Positions 50,421 to 64,000 of a stretch of 64,000 nucleotides of DNA are shown here, one piece after another. How positions within the stretch are numbered: position 1 is the first letter of the stretch; the number at the start of each line of letters is the position of its first letter. Origin of the DNA: Antedon mediterranea (lineage: Eukaryota > Animalia > Echinodermata). Position numbers and translations under genes: made by a program. Location: positions 33,242,304-33,306,303 of the forward strand of contig NC_092671.1 of NCBI RefSeq assembly GCF_964355755.1. The letters are read 5' to 3'. Below the pieces are notes generated by a model that searched no databases, was not told the DNA's origin, and worked only from the letters and a program-made list of their open reading frames with translations.

Positions 50421-53400
50421 CCCCAATTCTCTATTAGTAGGCCTACGGTACAGCCTCCTATCCATATTAAGGAATACTTTTCAATCAAACAAACGAGAAA
50501 TATATTTTTTAACACTTTGTTTAGTCACAAAATTATTCCTTTAAATGCGATTCTAGTATACTCTAAAATGTACAGTAATGCCACTGCTTTCACTCGACTC
50601 AACCTCATCTTCGAAGAAAAACTATTTTTTACACTTGAATAAGATTTTCCATCACCGTAAGCCTTCTCCTTTTTATCTCCTGTCTCATATCTTATCGAAA
50701 GTTTTGAAAACTGTTTTTGCCCGAAGTAAATACATTTTAATAGCATGTTGAAGTTTGTTAATTTGGTTGGTGATGATTGCGGTAACCTACGGCAAACACA
50801 ATGAGAATGTTGTAGATGATAAAGAAATGTCAAGAGGCCAGATTTTTGATTAATCACAACATGTTGAAAAGAGCTGAATAAAACAGTAGGAGCCTTGAAC
50901 TTGATAATAAATCTGTGTATTAAATGTATTAAGGACTGGGGGAAAATAATACCCAACGCTCACGTTTAAAAGCTTTTCAACTCAACATAGAGCAGCGGAA
51001 TTAAAGCAATTGACTCGCAGTCAATGTCACTCACTACCATATGCTGCCGTTTAAGCGTAATTACTCAAAATTTATTTTTCACAAAACAAATAAATAAAAA
51101 TCAATTAGATGGGAAACATTGGTTGGTTTATTTTCATTTGTTACCATAAACTCAATGTTCGGAATTCTTAAGTTTATATTATGATGCTAAATTGTTAACA
51201 AAAAGCATGAACTTCATGAAGTGAAATACATTATTTTATCGAGAGTTTCTTCATTTCTTAATGTAGTTTTTGTATCAATAAACTATTGAATCGAGGGATG
51301 CCACAAATATTCGGGTAGCTTGGGGGCTTTGTTTAATCTAGCAGGATGGTGGTGTTTATTTAGGGACAGTTCTGCTGCCTAATGGCCAGTAAAACTATTA
51401 ATTTTGTAAAAGGAAATGTCATTTGTGTTAAAATTATGGAGAAAACCCCACTTCACTAGGGACAACCCCATGAACAATTTGGGTTTGAAATGTTGTGGTT
51501 CCTTTGCATAATTTATCCTGTAGTTCATGTTTTACAGTTTAGGCATCCAACAATGTGTGTCCCTTTAATAGGGGTTCACCATAGTGTTAAGAAATATTTC
51601 CCATTGTTTGGTTAACATGAGTAGGTGTCCTAAAGGAGGGGCTCAATTATACCATCATCCTATTACTAGTACAAAATCTTCACATAGCCTACTAATAAAT
51701 ACGTAAAGTAAATATTCCATCCATAATACATACATACATGTACAATTACTTCACCAATTATTTAAATCAATGACAGGAAGGAATATTGCCATTGTTAGGT
51801 TATTTTGCCTTTGGGATGGTAGTTACATCATATCATATCAAGCCTTGAACTCACCAGGAACTTGAACCCACACAACCAGGGAATTTAATGTATTTTATCT
51901 TGTACCATAGTCAAATTATTCTAATAGTACATTAAACCCTAAAACTACATGCACTCTCTCCTGAACTACCAGAGAAACAAATGTTGTTAAACAGCATGCC
52001 TCTGGTTTGCTAGAGAATTAAAAATAATAATTATTTTTCCCTGTATTGCATATATCCCATCTATATTTAAAAAAGAAACCATTTACATCAAGTTTGTTGC
52101 AATTTTATACTCTTTAAAAAAAACTTCAGGGCTATGGGCCCTCTATAGTTCTTTATCACATTTTTGTTTGTCCAAATGTCACAAAAATATCTTGTATCAA
52201 TTTCTTTTAGAAACCGTAGCAAATGTGAAATTCAAAATGGCAGTTAATTACGCAGATTACCAAATCACCTCCAAATTTTTTCAACTTCTCAGGGGCAGGA
52301 TTTTCTAATAAAGAGTGCTAAAAATAGGTAATAGTTTGTCAAAAAAAATTAGTTCACAATTTCATTTCAGCTTTTAAGAGTGAGGAGGAAGGGGGAATTG
52401 GTGGCAAACACCAACATCCTCCTCTGCCTCTTCTCTGCCCAAAAACAAATAAACTTTGTTGGTATTTGTTTAACAATTCCTCCTAAGTTCCTTTAAAATA
52501 TCTTACACACATATAAGTAAGATGAATTAATACCATACTGAAATAGTTAATATCATTATATAATAATGGATAGTTTTTAATAAAATGTAGGTTTTAATTA
52601 ACATTACTAAGCCTTGTTTAGTAAACTGTACACAAACAATATTAAATTTATTTTTTTGGCATATTCTACAATTCTCTACTATTACTGCTGTAAATATATT
52701 AAGTCTGTAATTGTTTTTTTTCATTTTATATTGTCTTTTCTTCTGTTTTCATGCTGCTGCTCTAGCCCGCTACGTCCCATTAGGACTACTCAATCAGAAG
52801 CTAAAGCAAGCAGCAGTTATAGTTCTAAGGATGACAGTTTTGCGAAAATGGAAACTCCACTATAATTTATTGATTCCAGCTGCTACAGTAGACCCAAAAA
52901 ACGGCTGGGAAAAGAGTCTATTAGGACATGTCATGCTAAAATTACAAATCCCAATGCATTTCTGGTATATTCACTGTCAGATATTCATTGAATTATTATT
53001 GAAACAGTCCATTAAAGTTTGTGTTTGTAATAGGATACTTCACACTTGGAATATCTAGGTAGGGTGATGAAGTGACCCCCAGACTTGACCTTAGCAATAA
53101 AAAAAAAGTGACAGAAATTGAGTATTCACTTCTGTAACAAAAAAATAATATTTATTGACATATAAAAAGAGAAAAGAAACCCAAAAACCATTGTCTGACA
53201 CAGACAATTTAAGTATTTGTTGCTTTAAATTACATTTTTTTCAGGTAAAATAACTATTACTGTATGTGACAATAAGATGATGCAATCAAAAACTTTTGAA
53301 ATAAAAAATATTTTTCAATAAGCGAGCAGCGTTTTTTGTAAGAAATATTTCTTGTTTAAATTGTTGATAGAGCTATGGCCAAACACAAAAATTTGAATTA

Positions 53401-54789
53401 TTGAAAATTCATGCTTAATCAATAAATAATATAGAAATATATAATATGCAAAAAAATCAATACATACAGTAGTTTATTATTATAATGTAAAATTAATTAA
53501 TTTACAATGTTATTGTGGTCTATTGTATTCTGGTAGTAATGTAATAAATAGGTTTGCGAAAATACAAAATGCTCTTCATATAATTCCCCCAATGCAAAAC
53601 TCCTTGAATATGCCACAAACTGTTTCTAAGCCACTGGATAATTTGGATTTGTGTGCGGAAGTGTTTTGCATACAATTCTTATAACAATTTTCGGTTATAT
53701 CTGAAGGCACTACGCAATGTGTTCTGGTGTCTACCCTCCAAATTTTCCAGATCACTTCCTAACTCCCAAGGCTCACTAAATTCCAGCATACAACCATTAA
53801 AATCTGAAACTTTAAGTTAATAGATTTCACATTTTTTCCTCATAAAATTGCATTTGACAAATACAGGTTTGTGAATATATTATTATTGTTCTATGTATTG
53901 GTGAGTGGGTTTTTGCCAAATTGATTTAGAAGATCAACTGAGGGATATGGACTGCGAAAGAAACACTAATGTACCGCAGTACCACTTGTCACACTACACT
54001 CCCAACCACTCTCTAGAGGGTGCTGTTTACCTAAAAAAAACCACCACCTCTTATGTTTTAACTTCAGATGTTGGCTTGTATGTCATACAATTAAAAAGAC
54101 CTATTAACTACAGCAGTTGTTCTACAATATAGAAATAAGTATAGTTCAGGTATATTACAGTGAACCATGAAGCTTATTATAACAAGGTTAATTCTTGCTA
54201 GTTATGAGACCATGGCCAAATGGTTGTTGTTGATTGAAGTAAAACATTATATAAAATGTTGACACTGTGTACAGAATGGATTTATCATGTGATTAAAAAA
54301 AAATTCACAATTCTATAAATTTATTTTAAAAACAACCATTTTTTAAAAACCATTCATGAAACATTCTTATTAATATTTCTGAAAAGAGAGTCATAATTTA
54401 AAACATTTATTAATTTAAAACTTGAAATACTGACAAATAAAATTGTCCAGTCTGACCTAACAATGTTAATTTACAATATTAGGAGTTAGGTAGGAATTTC
54501 CATAGGCCTACATATTTTAGGATATAAAAAAAGTTGTTTTATAGACAGAAATCAAAGTGTGCAAATATGTCAAGTGCATAGTACTTTAGAGGCAGTGCCA
54601 TACGTGATGTTATTTCAAGTTTTATGTACAGTAGTTGGATTAGGCAAGATTATGAACAGTTCTATCATGTTATATCCTACAATATAGTGTCCACTTAATA
54701 TGGATATTGTCACCTGAAAAGGGGAATCCCAAAAGAGCGGTGTCCCAAAAGAGGGGTTTTGTTACTGAAGAAATTGCACTACCATTTTC

Positions 54790-55260
54790 AACACTACAGC
54801 AAACCTCTATTAAGGGGACATCCCTATGAAAGACTGATGATGTCTCCTTAATAGGAGTTCTACTGTGTGCTTATGATGAGTATCATTACACCAGGGCCTT
54901 TGAAAAAGTGGCAAGTTGCACTGGAGTAGAGCTACGTATCACTACAGCCAACGCTATTCAGGGGACTTCCCTATTAAGGGGAAACTTGGTTGGGACCCAC
55001 CTGAAGGTATCCAGTTAATAGGAAGTCTACTATATACTTATATAAAGGATTTGTATACCTGTGCTCAATTGACTGATGCAGGGTGAAGTATAAATAACAC
55101 TACAGCCAACCCTAATATTCAGGGGACATCTAAGAGGACATTTTGTTGGAACATGAATGTGTCCTCTGTAATACTGTATACTTATATAAAGGATATTATA
55201 CCAAGACATTTATGAAATGGTGTTCAATACAGATTGTAAAGCAGAGTATAAATAACTAGC
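54790..55260. mobile_element. Three tandem ~150-bp units, each containing a short Tc1/mariner-type MITE
   Basis: ctacagc(a/c)aacc..tattca/aaggggaca ... tgtc(t)ccttaatagga(a)gt(t)ctactgt at ~54795, ~54943 and ~55101. Confidence 0.6.
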
Positions 55261-57457
55261 ATCTTTATTTGCACAGTATATAAACAATATATTTAAAAAG
55301 ATACCTTGCAATTTATATCGAAAAACAGCATAGTTATTCTAGGAGAATTGTATGAGGATTGTGCGGATGTGCTTCAAATCAAGCAATCATAATCCGACAG
55401 AAATCTGATGGCGGTTTTATACCATAAACAATTTTCACTTTTTACAAATCTTGTCAAGAAATTGTAGCCGAAAACAGATGGGGTTCCTAATTGGTTTCAC
55501 CATGATATTATCACAAATCTAACTGACATCACAATTCCCATGGCAACGCAATGCATTCCCTAAATATGATATTGATCTCCGTAATGCATATATCGGAAAG
55601 ACTATGACTATCATTTCGCCACCTCTTATCTCTCAAAAGCAATTTAGAAAACAAAACAATGGACGTCAATTTCTACTAATCTACTATTATCTAATCTGTT
55701 TTTCTCATTATTTTATTGATTTATATAAAATAGATAGTGTATAATGCATATTCAAAAAGCAATTTATATAACATGTTATGCTATGTTATTTTTACCAATG
55801 TTTGATCACTACTCATCTTTCATCAATAGATTTTAAAAAAGTGTTCAAACATTCAATTGTGTAGCCTAGTGGTAAAATCGCTGCCAAAAATTCTTCGTTC
55901 ATCAAAAAAATATTAATGTTATCATTAAAATAAAGACCATTGATGAAATAAATGTTGTTTAATGAATGAATGAGCTATATTTATAGTCACAGATCCAGGA
56001 TTTTAAAATAGAGAAAATATTATTTTTGGGCCTAAAAAGTGTAAAAAATGTGCTAAACCTAACCAAATTCCTATCTTTTGCATTATAAGTTTCCAATTTT
56101 GGTCGGTTGCATCTATTCACCCCCTACTCACCTTTGCGGATCTGCTTATGCTATATAGGAAACTAGATGAAATTGTTTATTCTCTTGACAGTATACTACA
56201 ATGTGAACATTTATTTATAAAATATTTGTATAATTTTCTATGTTAGCTAGCTCTTTTTTTAAAGTGACGACTTTTGTTTTGTACTGTTCTATGAAAGTTT
56301 GAAAGTTAATTTACTAGATGGGAGACAAAGTTGCAGAAAACCAAGAAATGTTCCCACTTCTGTGTTGGGCCTATAGTTTCCTCTTGGGCTATTTGCCAAA
56401 TGTTTAATAAATAAATAACATGTTTCTATTATAATATTTCTCCATGGGCTGACTCAAACCAATCGGATAAGCCAGTTGTATGCGCTGCGACTCCTCCTTC
56501 CCAACTCCATCCCTTAGGTATACAGGCATCCAAATAGGAGTATAAATGACGGGTATATAAAGATGATATTAATGATGATGTTCATCTGGTGACTTCTATG
56601 TTCATCTTTAAATACAAACTCTAAAATGATATTAAGGTTGCTATTTTTTGTAAATAATTATTACATTAATATGAATGATGAATCTATATAATAATAATTA
56701 GTTTATTAAAATTTACTTTTTCAATAAAAATCATTCAATGCTAATAAATTAATAATACTACATTTATATAATATAAAATGTTTCAATTAAAAACAATGCT
56801 TTTCAAAAATTAAATAATTTTAAATTGCTCTGCACGATCAAGCCGCTATGAAAAGTACTAAATTCGATTAATAAAGTTAAAATATTCAGAAATTATACGA
56901 CCCTTAAAATAATGTGGTTGATTGAAATTGACATTATAATTTTAGAAGGTTTTCATTTAAAACTGAGGCTACTTAAACAAAGGAAATCACATGTTTAGCT
57001 AAAGATCGTTTCGAACATCAGTTTGATAAGATTTTTTAGCTAAAGTTAGGTAGAGAATTTTAAAATGCGCTTCTGGCATATCCTTAGAGAGTGTTTTCCA
57101 TTGTCATGTTGCGGGAATTAACTCCTCTGACATTTTGCTATCGCTGTCTATCAATTCATATTCTAAAATAATTATTTAAATCAAGAATTTTATTTTGAAA
57201 AAGCAACTTTGACGTTACTGTAGTAGTTAGAGGTATATGCTGACCTTGCCGCATTCATGCAGCCAATAAAGGGATTGTGTCACAAATGATGTTACTGCAG
57301 TTAGTCCAGTACATACTACATTTTATTCGATTCAATAACATTATTATATCAGTGAAGCTGCCTTATAAACTTCTACATTAAAACAAACTAAAATCTAGTA
57401 TTTTTAACAAAACAAGATTGCCAAAAAAATACACAAAAGATTTAAAATAGTAAAGAT

Positions 57458-57760
57458 GAGGAAGTGTGGTGCAGTATGTCCAACTGATCGGGAGATCATG
57501 GGTTTGAATCAAAAAACATGCATCTCATGCTTGTAGGCAGAACACAACATACATTTGGCCTCTCTCTACCCAGGTGAACAAATGAGTACCTCGTATAGGT
57601 CAAACACAAATGCGCTGGATACTAGTGCCATTACGGATGTGTTTCCAGACGTGTTTGAGCCAAAACATTACCAGGGCAATAATGTGATTGTGAACCACTT
57701 AGAGGTTTGGTGCATTAAACACTATATAAGATTGATGTATTAATAATATCATTATTATCT
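57458..57760 (+). mobile_element. tRNA-derived SINE with CORE-like centre and L2-type tail
   Basis: gtgtggtgcagt...gggtttgaatc head, ctctctacccaggtgaacaaatgagtacc core, gtgaaccacttagag...cactatataag..tattaataat tail. Confidence 0.65.
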
Positions 57761-58784
57761 ACACTAGAACTGCGGTAGAATAATTTTGAAATGGTTCTAC
57801 AAACTATAGTAAACCCACTGTTATTTACGGACTTGGAACAAATTTGATAATATTTGAGTTTATTATAGTATATTAACATGACCTTGTGTTTGAGGTGTTT
57901 CATTTTTAATCAGGGTAAACATTTGTTCAGATCATCTGGAAAAGCCATTATTCCATGATTTTCTATTTTACAATTTTTATAGCCTTGTTTTAAAAATTAA
58001 GAGTTTTGTTCCACTGCTAATATGAATATGTACTAGCTTATTTCATCATCAATCAGAATTCTATATAAAACTTAAAAGCATTTAGTTTTATAGACTTAAG
58101 AAATGTCTTCCAATAGCATACAATGATTTACATTCATAAAGTAATAAGCTTTTTTCAACCATTTTATGTATTTTCAGTTTAAATTTGTTTCAATTGAAAG
58201 TTCAGAGAGCTTTTACGTCCAACTTTATCGGCATGTACAACCGCTAATTTAAAGTTAAAAACGATTTTATGAATGGTTTTATTGGATCAACAGCCTTTCA
58301 ATGAAATTGTATAAATGTTGCCGAACTGGTTTACGGTCCTTTGATTCCATTTTACTCTTAAATCAACTATAGATAAATGTCTTTCAACTACTTTTTATAG
58401 TCAAGTTACTACTTTTTGACTATTTTACATGCTATATTCCTACAACATGTACGGGTATATCAATTATAAAATTACTTTGGCCATACTTCAGAAAAAACAA
58501 ATATTTTGTATTCATTGAATGGAGGAGTTTCAGTGGATGAAAAATTGCTTGTTTCATTCAATGAGGTAGAAATTAATATCTAATAAAATATATTCAACAA
58601 TTCCATTCATAAACATTCATAATTTGCATGATTGTCAACTCTGATATATTTTGAACAAAATATTACATAATCTATTTATTTATAATCAAGCTTCTGCCAC
58701 CCTACCAAGAACAGAGTGCTCACGCAAGTCTTCAGAGGTGCCAAATTTGTTTCTCTCAAATCAACAGAAAAAGCGTTATAGATG

Positions 58785-59300
58785 CATCTCTATTCAGGGG
58801 ACATCTGTGTGGGGACAATGGAATCTGTGTGGGGACAATGGAATCTGTGTGGGGACAATGGAATCTGTGTGGGGACAATGGAATCTGTGTGGGGACGATA
58901 CTTGGGCCAACTGTATAGGGACAATACTGGGGACATCTGTATGGAGACAATACTGGGGTCATCTGTATGGAGACAATACTGGGGACATCTGTATGGGACA
59001 ATGCCGGGGACATCTGTATGGGGACAATACTGGGGACATCTGTATGGGGACAATACTGGGGACATCTGTATGGGGACAATACTGGGGACATCTGTATAGG
59101 GAAAATACTGGGGACATCTGTATGGGGTCAATACTGGGGACATCTGTATGGGGTCAATCCTGGAGACATTTGTATGGGGACAATACTGGGGACATCTGTA
59201 TGGGGACAATATTGGGGACATCTATATGGGGTCAACACTAGGGTCATCTGTATGGGGACAATACTATTTAGGTGTCCCCATAACATAGATTTGTATATTG
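58785..59300. repeat. Minisatellite (20-bp then 26-bp units) inside a Tc1-type MITE
   Basis: ctctattcaggggaca start, (ggggacaatggaatctgtgt)x4, (ggggacaatactggggacatctgtat)n, end ggtgtccccataacatag. Confidence 0.85.
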
Positions 59301-60774
59301 ACAAGAAACGAAAAGAAAAAAGCTGACGAATGGCAACTGTTTAGAATCTAGGCTGCTTTATTGAGAAAAGTCCAAAACAAATATTTTATTTATAATACCA
59401 TCATATATTTCAAAATATGTATAATCATATGAACACACTCATTTTTTATTAGTCCATTCAGTAAGTTCATGTCCCAGTTTATTTTAACTTTGTTTACTTT
59501 ATTACCTGCACTCATTTCTTCATTAAAGTTAATTCATTACTTGTAATGTTATGTCTCTGGTTGCTATTCCATCACATTATGTGTACTTGTAAGTGTGTTA
59601 TGAATTGGAAAAGTTACACCCAATCCATTAGAATAAAAAATAATAATAAATAAAATTCGCATATTTTAAAGATATATTTTCTTCCTGAAAAAATAATTTT
59701 TTTTATAAAGGATTTTGTTGATTATGCTATTATGCCACATAATAGTTTTTCACTTCGACAAAAAAAATAGTTACCCGAAAAAACTTTAAAGCAAAAAGTA
59801 TTCAAATTGACTGGAAGTTGATTTTTACCATTTATTTTGTCATTTTATATGTGAAAATATTTTTTTTTCCTTTGGAGGTGATTAGCTTCATTAAAACTGC
59901 AAAATGTCTTTTTTTCATTTATTATTTTTGGGTATTTTTAATTATTTCACATTTAAAAGTTTTGTCAGGAATTCTGCTTTCTGATGACTGTTGCTATAAA
60001 CATTTTACAACCATACAACACCCTACAAAAAAGTAGTCAATTTCAGGGGAAAAGAACAGAATATAGACAAAATTATTTTATCCTAAAAACTATAAAGTTT
60101 TCTTATATAGACAGAAACTTTTAAAATATATCACATTACTGTTATTATTCATATATGAGGTAGATTATATTACATCATGGTGGATGACAATTTGTCCACA
60201 ACATGGATTGTATTTCTTTAAAATGTCTTATTTAAAAAAAAGCTCAATGATATTGTTTCCATTGGCAATAAAACTATTATTTTCAAATTATAAACAAAGT
60301 GAAGGGGATGTATGAAAACAAATAGTTTTTGCATTCAAAGAAATGTTGTATATTATTTTAATGGCAAAAACCGGTTTTTAAAAACCATTTCCCCCCTTTC
60401 TGGCATTCTTTAGATTTGCCACTTTTATACAAAACACTAAAAAAAACACCCACTTTTTCTGATTTATAAACAGGCCCTTTGTAATTTTGGTGATAGTTAC
60501 AATATTGGAATAACAATATTCACTTTGTTAGACTAAGCAATATACACAAAAGTTTGCCATACAGTTTGTCATGGTCTGACATTTCAGATGGTGATGGGTG
60601 AGTAGAAATAGGAGAATGTGAGCTGTATCTAAATATAAATGGTTCGAGTCACACAATTATACATTTTATTGCATTTAGTTAATTCAAATTAAACATTTGT
60701 TGTTGCCATATAAAAAGACACACAAATTCAATCTATTTCTGAATAAATCAAAACAAACCACAGAGGTGTTGGTA

Positions 60775-61620
60775 CCGTATATTTCGGTGAATAAGTCGCA
60801 CCTGTGTATAAGACGCACCCCCTAACTGAGAGTAAAATATCGGTATTTTTTATATCGTCGATGTATAAGACGCACCTTATATTTCATCAAAACAATTTTT
60901 TATTAAATTGTAATCAATATATTCTAATAATATATTTTGTTATATCTACAACGACGTCCTTTATTTAGGTTTTTTCTTATCTAGGCTCGGCCGCGCCCAG
61001 CCTCAACAAGTTCTTTCTAACTTGTTATTCATGAGTTTCGCACCCGCAACATCGAGTGCATGACAGTGTGTGTAAAACACGCACGTGTGTGGGCTAGCCT
61101 TGCTCGATCATTTCGAGAGGGCGTACGTTTTCATGGACAATCGTATTCGATTAATATCTATGTATCCGAGAAGTGTATACGCTAGGTCCATGCTATAATC
61201 AACTGGAGAATATCCTAGTCGAATACCGTACACCATGTGGCCGCAAAGGGCTTGCACTAGGGGTACGGCGGTCGGCGATCGTGCGTATAACTATAAATAA
61301 ATACATTCCAATCGTAAACGTTTACAAATGAAATTTTATCGGAGCGCCTAAAACAGCTCTATAATGAACAAATCTTTTCATCATATTTAATATAACATCA
61401 CGCTAAAATGCCTTGAAAACTAGGCAGAAGCAGGTTGCCGTTACGTTATTACACTGTAGCTTGCCTAGGCCTAGCCTACTCAGGCCTAGCTGCGCCAACG
61501 AGGTGACGATTATGTACAATCTGTGTGGTGAGGCATTTATGTTCGGTGTATAAGACGCACCCTTAATTTAGAGGTCAAATTTGCTTGTCAAAAGTGCGAA
61601 TTATACACCGAAATATACGG
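60775..61620. mobile_element. pogo/Tigger-like non-autonomous DNA transposon
   Basis: TIRs CCGTATATTTCGGTG(A/T)ATAA at both ends, TA TSD (60773-60774, 61621-61622), internal repeats tgtataagacgcacc. Confidence 0.88.
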
Positions 61621-62194
61621 TAGTTTCTACGAGCGAGCGGGTTACATGGGAGAACTTTGATGCAATAAGTTAAACATTCCTAGAACACCCCTGTACCATA
61701 ATGGACTTATCTATTAACCAAACCTTTGTGTGGGCATGTCCCACCATCAACATTCAGACAATAGCTTTACAAAGATATTCTAGCTGTTCATATCTAAGCA
61801 TAGACTACTGTTGCCTTATCCAGGTAAGCTAGGCATGAAATTCCTGTTTGTTAAAAAATATTAATACTCGCTACAATAGGATGAACTACCTTTTAAAAAA
61901 GATTCCTAATTACCATTGTGATTACTCTGTGTCATTATAAACAAATATGTAAACATATTCATTATAGGGAATCCAACCATCATTCATGCAGTCAACCAAC
62001 CCAACACATTTTTGTTATAATAGAACAATCCAATAGTTCCCTGTTATTTCAGCAAAATCAAAGGCAAAGCATAGAAACATAGAAATATTATGTTCGGATT
62101 GTTAATAATTTAAGAGTTGTTGATTAGATGGAAAGACCTTAAAAATCTAAACTAATATACAGTAGATGTTGATTATTCTCAAGTACTGTTCATT

Positions 62195-62432
62195 CCAAAT
62201 TAAAGACATAATGTTATGTTTGGATCAGACACATCTGGAAACATACTCCAGTAATGTTGAAGCTAGTATAATCAGTTGTGTTTTGACCTATACCAGGTAC
62301 CCATTTGTACATCTGGGTGGACAGAGGCAAACTTAAGTACAGTTTCTTGCGTAAGGACCAAAGAAATGCAACAAGCTTTGGATTAGAACCCACGATCTCA
62401 CGATCAGTAGTCCATCACACTGCACCATATGC
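62195..62432 (-). mobile_element. tRNA-derived SINE, same family as 57458-57760, opposite orientation
   Basis: The reverse complement gives atggtgcagtgtgatggactactgatcgtgagatcgtgggttctaatcc...gcctctgtccacccagatgtacaaatgggtacctgg. Confidence 0.65.
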
Positions 62433-62824
62433 TCTTAAAATATTTTATGCTATCAGTATTATATAGTATTATTAGCGAATGTGCTGTGTAAATAAATGCC
62501 CTAGACCAGGAATCTAGGGAAGAAGAACAAAGTATTATATACTTCCAAAAAGAAATTCTAAAATAAAATTAAAATTGTATTATACCCTTAAAGTGCCTTA
62601 GAATAGATATTACAATTTATTTCCAGAATATAAATCTTGGTAACTGATACCATTTCTAATATCATGTATTACAATAATTTTCTGAATGTGTCAATAAAGA
62701 ACACTATCATGGGAGCTGATATAACACATTTCTCATAGCATACAAAGTATTCTTAACACTACTCATTAAATCCAGAATAATTCATAAACACAGTGCAACC
62801 TCTTCTATTCACTGGAGACTGCAC

Positions 62825-63410
62825 AATCATGTGGCCAATTTAATTCCAGCAGCCTTTATATCCTCTAGTTGCCTATCGATGCTTCTAGCTATGACCAATT
62901 TAATTCTAGCAGACATTGAATTCTCGAAGTACCTACAGTAATCATACTCCTGCTTGTGACCAATTTGATCCCAGAAGCCCATTCATCTTGTAGGTACCTA
63001 TTTACACTCCTGAATATGACCAATTTGAATGCCCCAAGTGCCTATTAATACTCCTGAGTGTGACCAATTTAATCCTAGAGGTGTTTTCATCCTATTAGTA
63101 GGTATACCTATTTTAAAGTATTGGAAATAACTAATTTAATCCAAAAATCATTATTCCTCATACCAATTTAACCCAACAAGTACCCATTCATATTCCTAGA
63201 CATGACCATTTTAATCCCAAGAACAGTTTTATCCCCAAGTATGCTACCAATTTAATCCCAAAATCATTATTCCTATTCCTGTCCTATTCACACTACCGTA
63301 ATTTAACCCATGAACCATATTTCCTCCAAAGTACCTATACATATTCCTGGACATGACCATTTTAATCCCAAGAACCTTTTTATCCTCAAGGTACCTATTT
63401 ACATTCATCA
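62825..63410. repeat. Degenerate ~55-60-bp tandem repeat
   Basis: Recurrent (g/a)tgaccaatttaatccca...gtacctat..actcctg. Confidence 0.7.
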
Positions 63411-63612
63411 TTGATTGAGATTCTTGAAGTTTTCCTCTGGGTGGCTAATTATACTCCTGGTTGAAGGACAAGTAATGATCAGGCCTTAAGACATTTAATA
63501 AAAAGTAGAGTCTGGGACTCGGAGTCAGTCACCAAAAGAATCAATCACATTATTTAAAATAATTAATTTTATTATTAAAATTACCAAATCCAAGCGTTCA
63601 AATCACTAGTTT

Positions 63613-64000
63613 TATATCTGGATTACGCCTATGCCTATATCTGGATTACGCCTATGCCTATATCTGGATTACGCCTATGCCTATATCTGGATTACGCCTA
63701 TGCCTATATCTGGATTACGCCTATGCCTATATCTGGATTACGCCTATGCCTATATCGGGATTACGCCTATGCCTATATCTGGATTACGCCTATGCCTATA
63801 TCGGGATTACGCCTATGCCTATATCGGGATTACGCCTATGCCTATATCTGGATTACGCCTATGCCTATATCTGGATTACGCCTATGCCTATATCTGGATT
63901 ACGCCTATGCCTATATCTGGATTACGCCTATGCCTATATCGGGATTACGCCTATGCCTATATCGGGATTACGCCTATGCCTATATCTGGATTACGCCTAT
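63613..64000. repeat. 23-bp minisatellite TATATC(T/G)GGATTACGCCTATGCC, ~17 copies, running off the window end
   Basis: Direct inspection; near-perfect copies with one T/G variant site. Confidence 0.97.

Noticed and set aside
58651-59326. Overlapping Gly/Trp/Cys-rich ORFs on both strands
   Set aside because: They are translations of the 20/26-bp minisatellite.

Overview
AT-rich, intron-containing genomic DNA from an animal. My impression is a marine invertebrate, possibly an echinoderm, but the sequence alone cannot prove this. Two host genes converge. (1) A complete three-exon + strand gene (8734-8794, 9369-9637, 11357-12268; 413 aa) encodes a secreted protein with a signal peptide, a PAN/Apple domain and three tandem Link (Xlink) modules. 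This is an unusual architecture and the most novel-looking item in the window. (2) The last three coding exons of a - strand NR1-family nuclear receptor (44683-43272, 40007-39548, 37498-37209; E78/Rev-erb/ROR-like ligand-binding domain, very long hinge). Its DNA-binding exons were not found in the remaining ~19 kb. The rest is dense with mobile DNA: CR1-group LINE remnants, an L1-type ORF1 relic, an inverted pair of Penelope hammerhead-ribozyme motifs, a young non-coding LTR element (identical 202-bp LTRs, tRNA-His PBS, PPT, 4-bp TSD) carrying a nested Mutator-type MITE with a 9-bp TSD, a decayed Polinton/Maverick pPolB fragment, DINE-1/HINE-like elements, MITEs with 5-bp TSDs (hAT5-like), pogo/Tc1 MITEs, tRNA-SINEs and several minisatellites, some apparently born from MITE ends.
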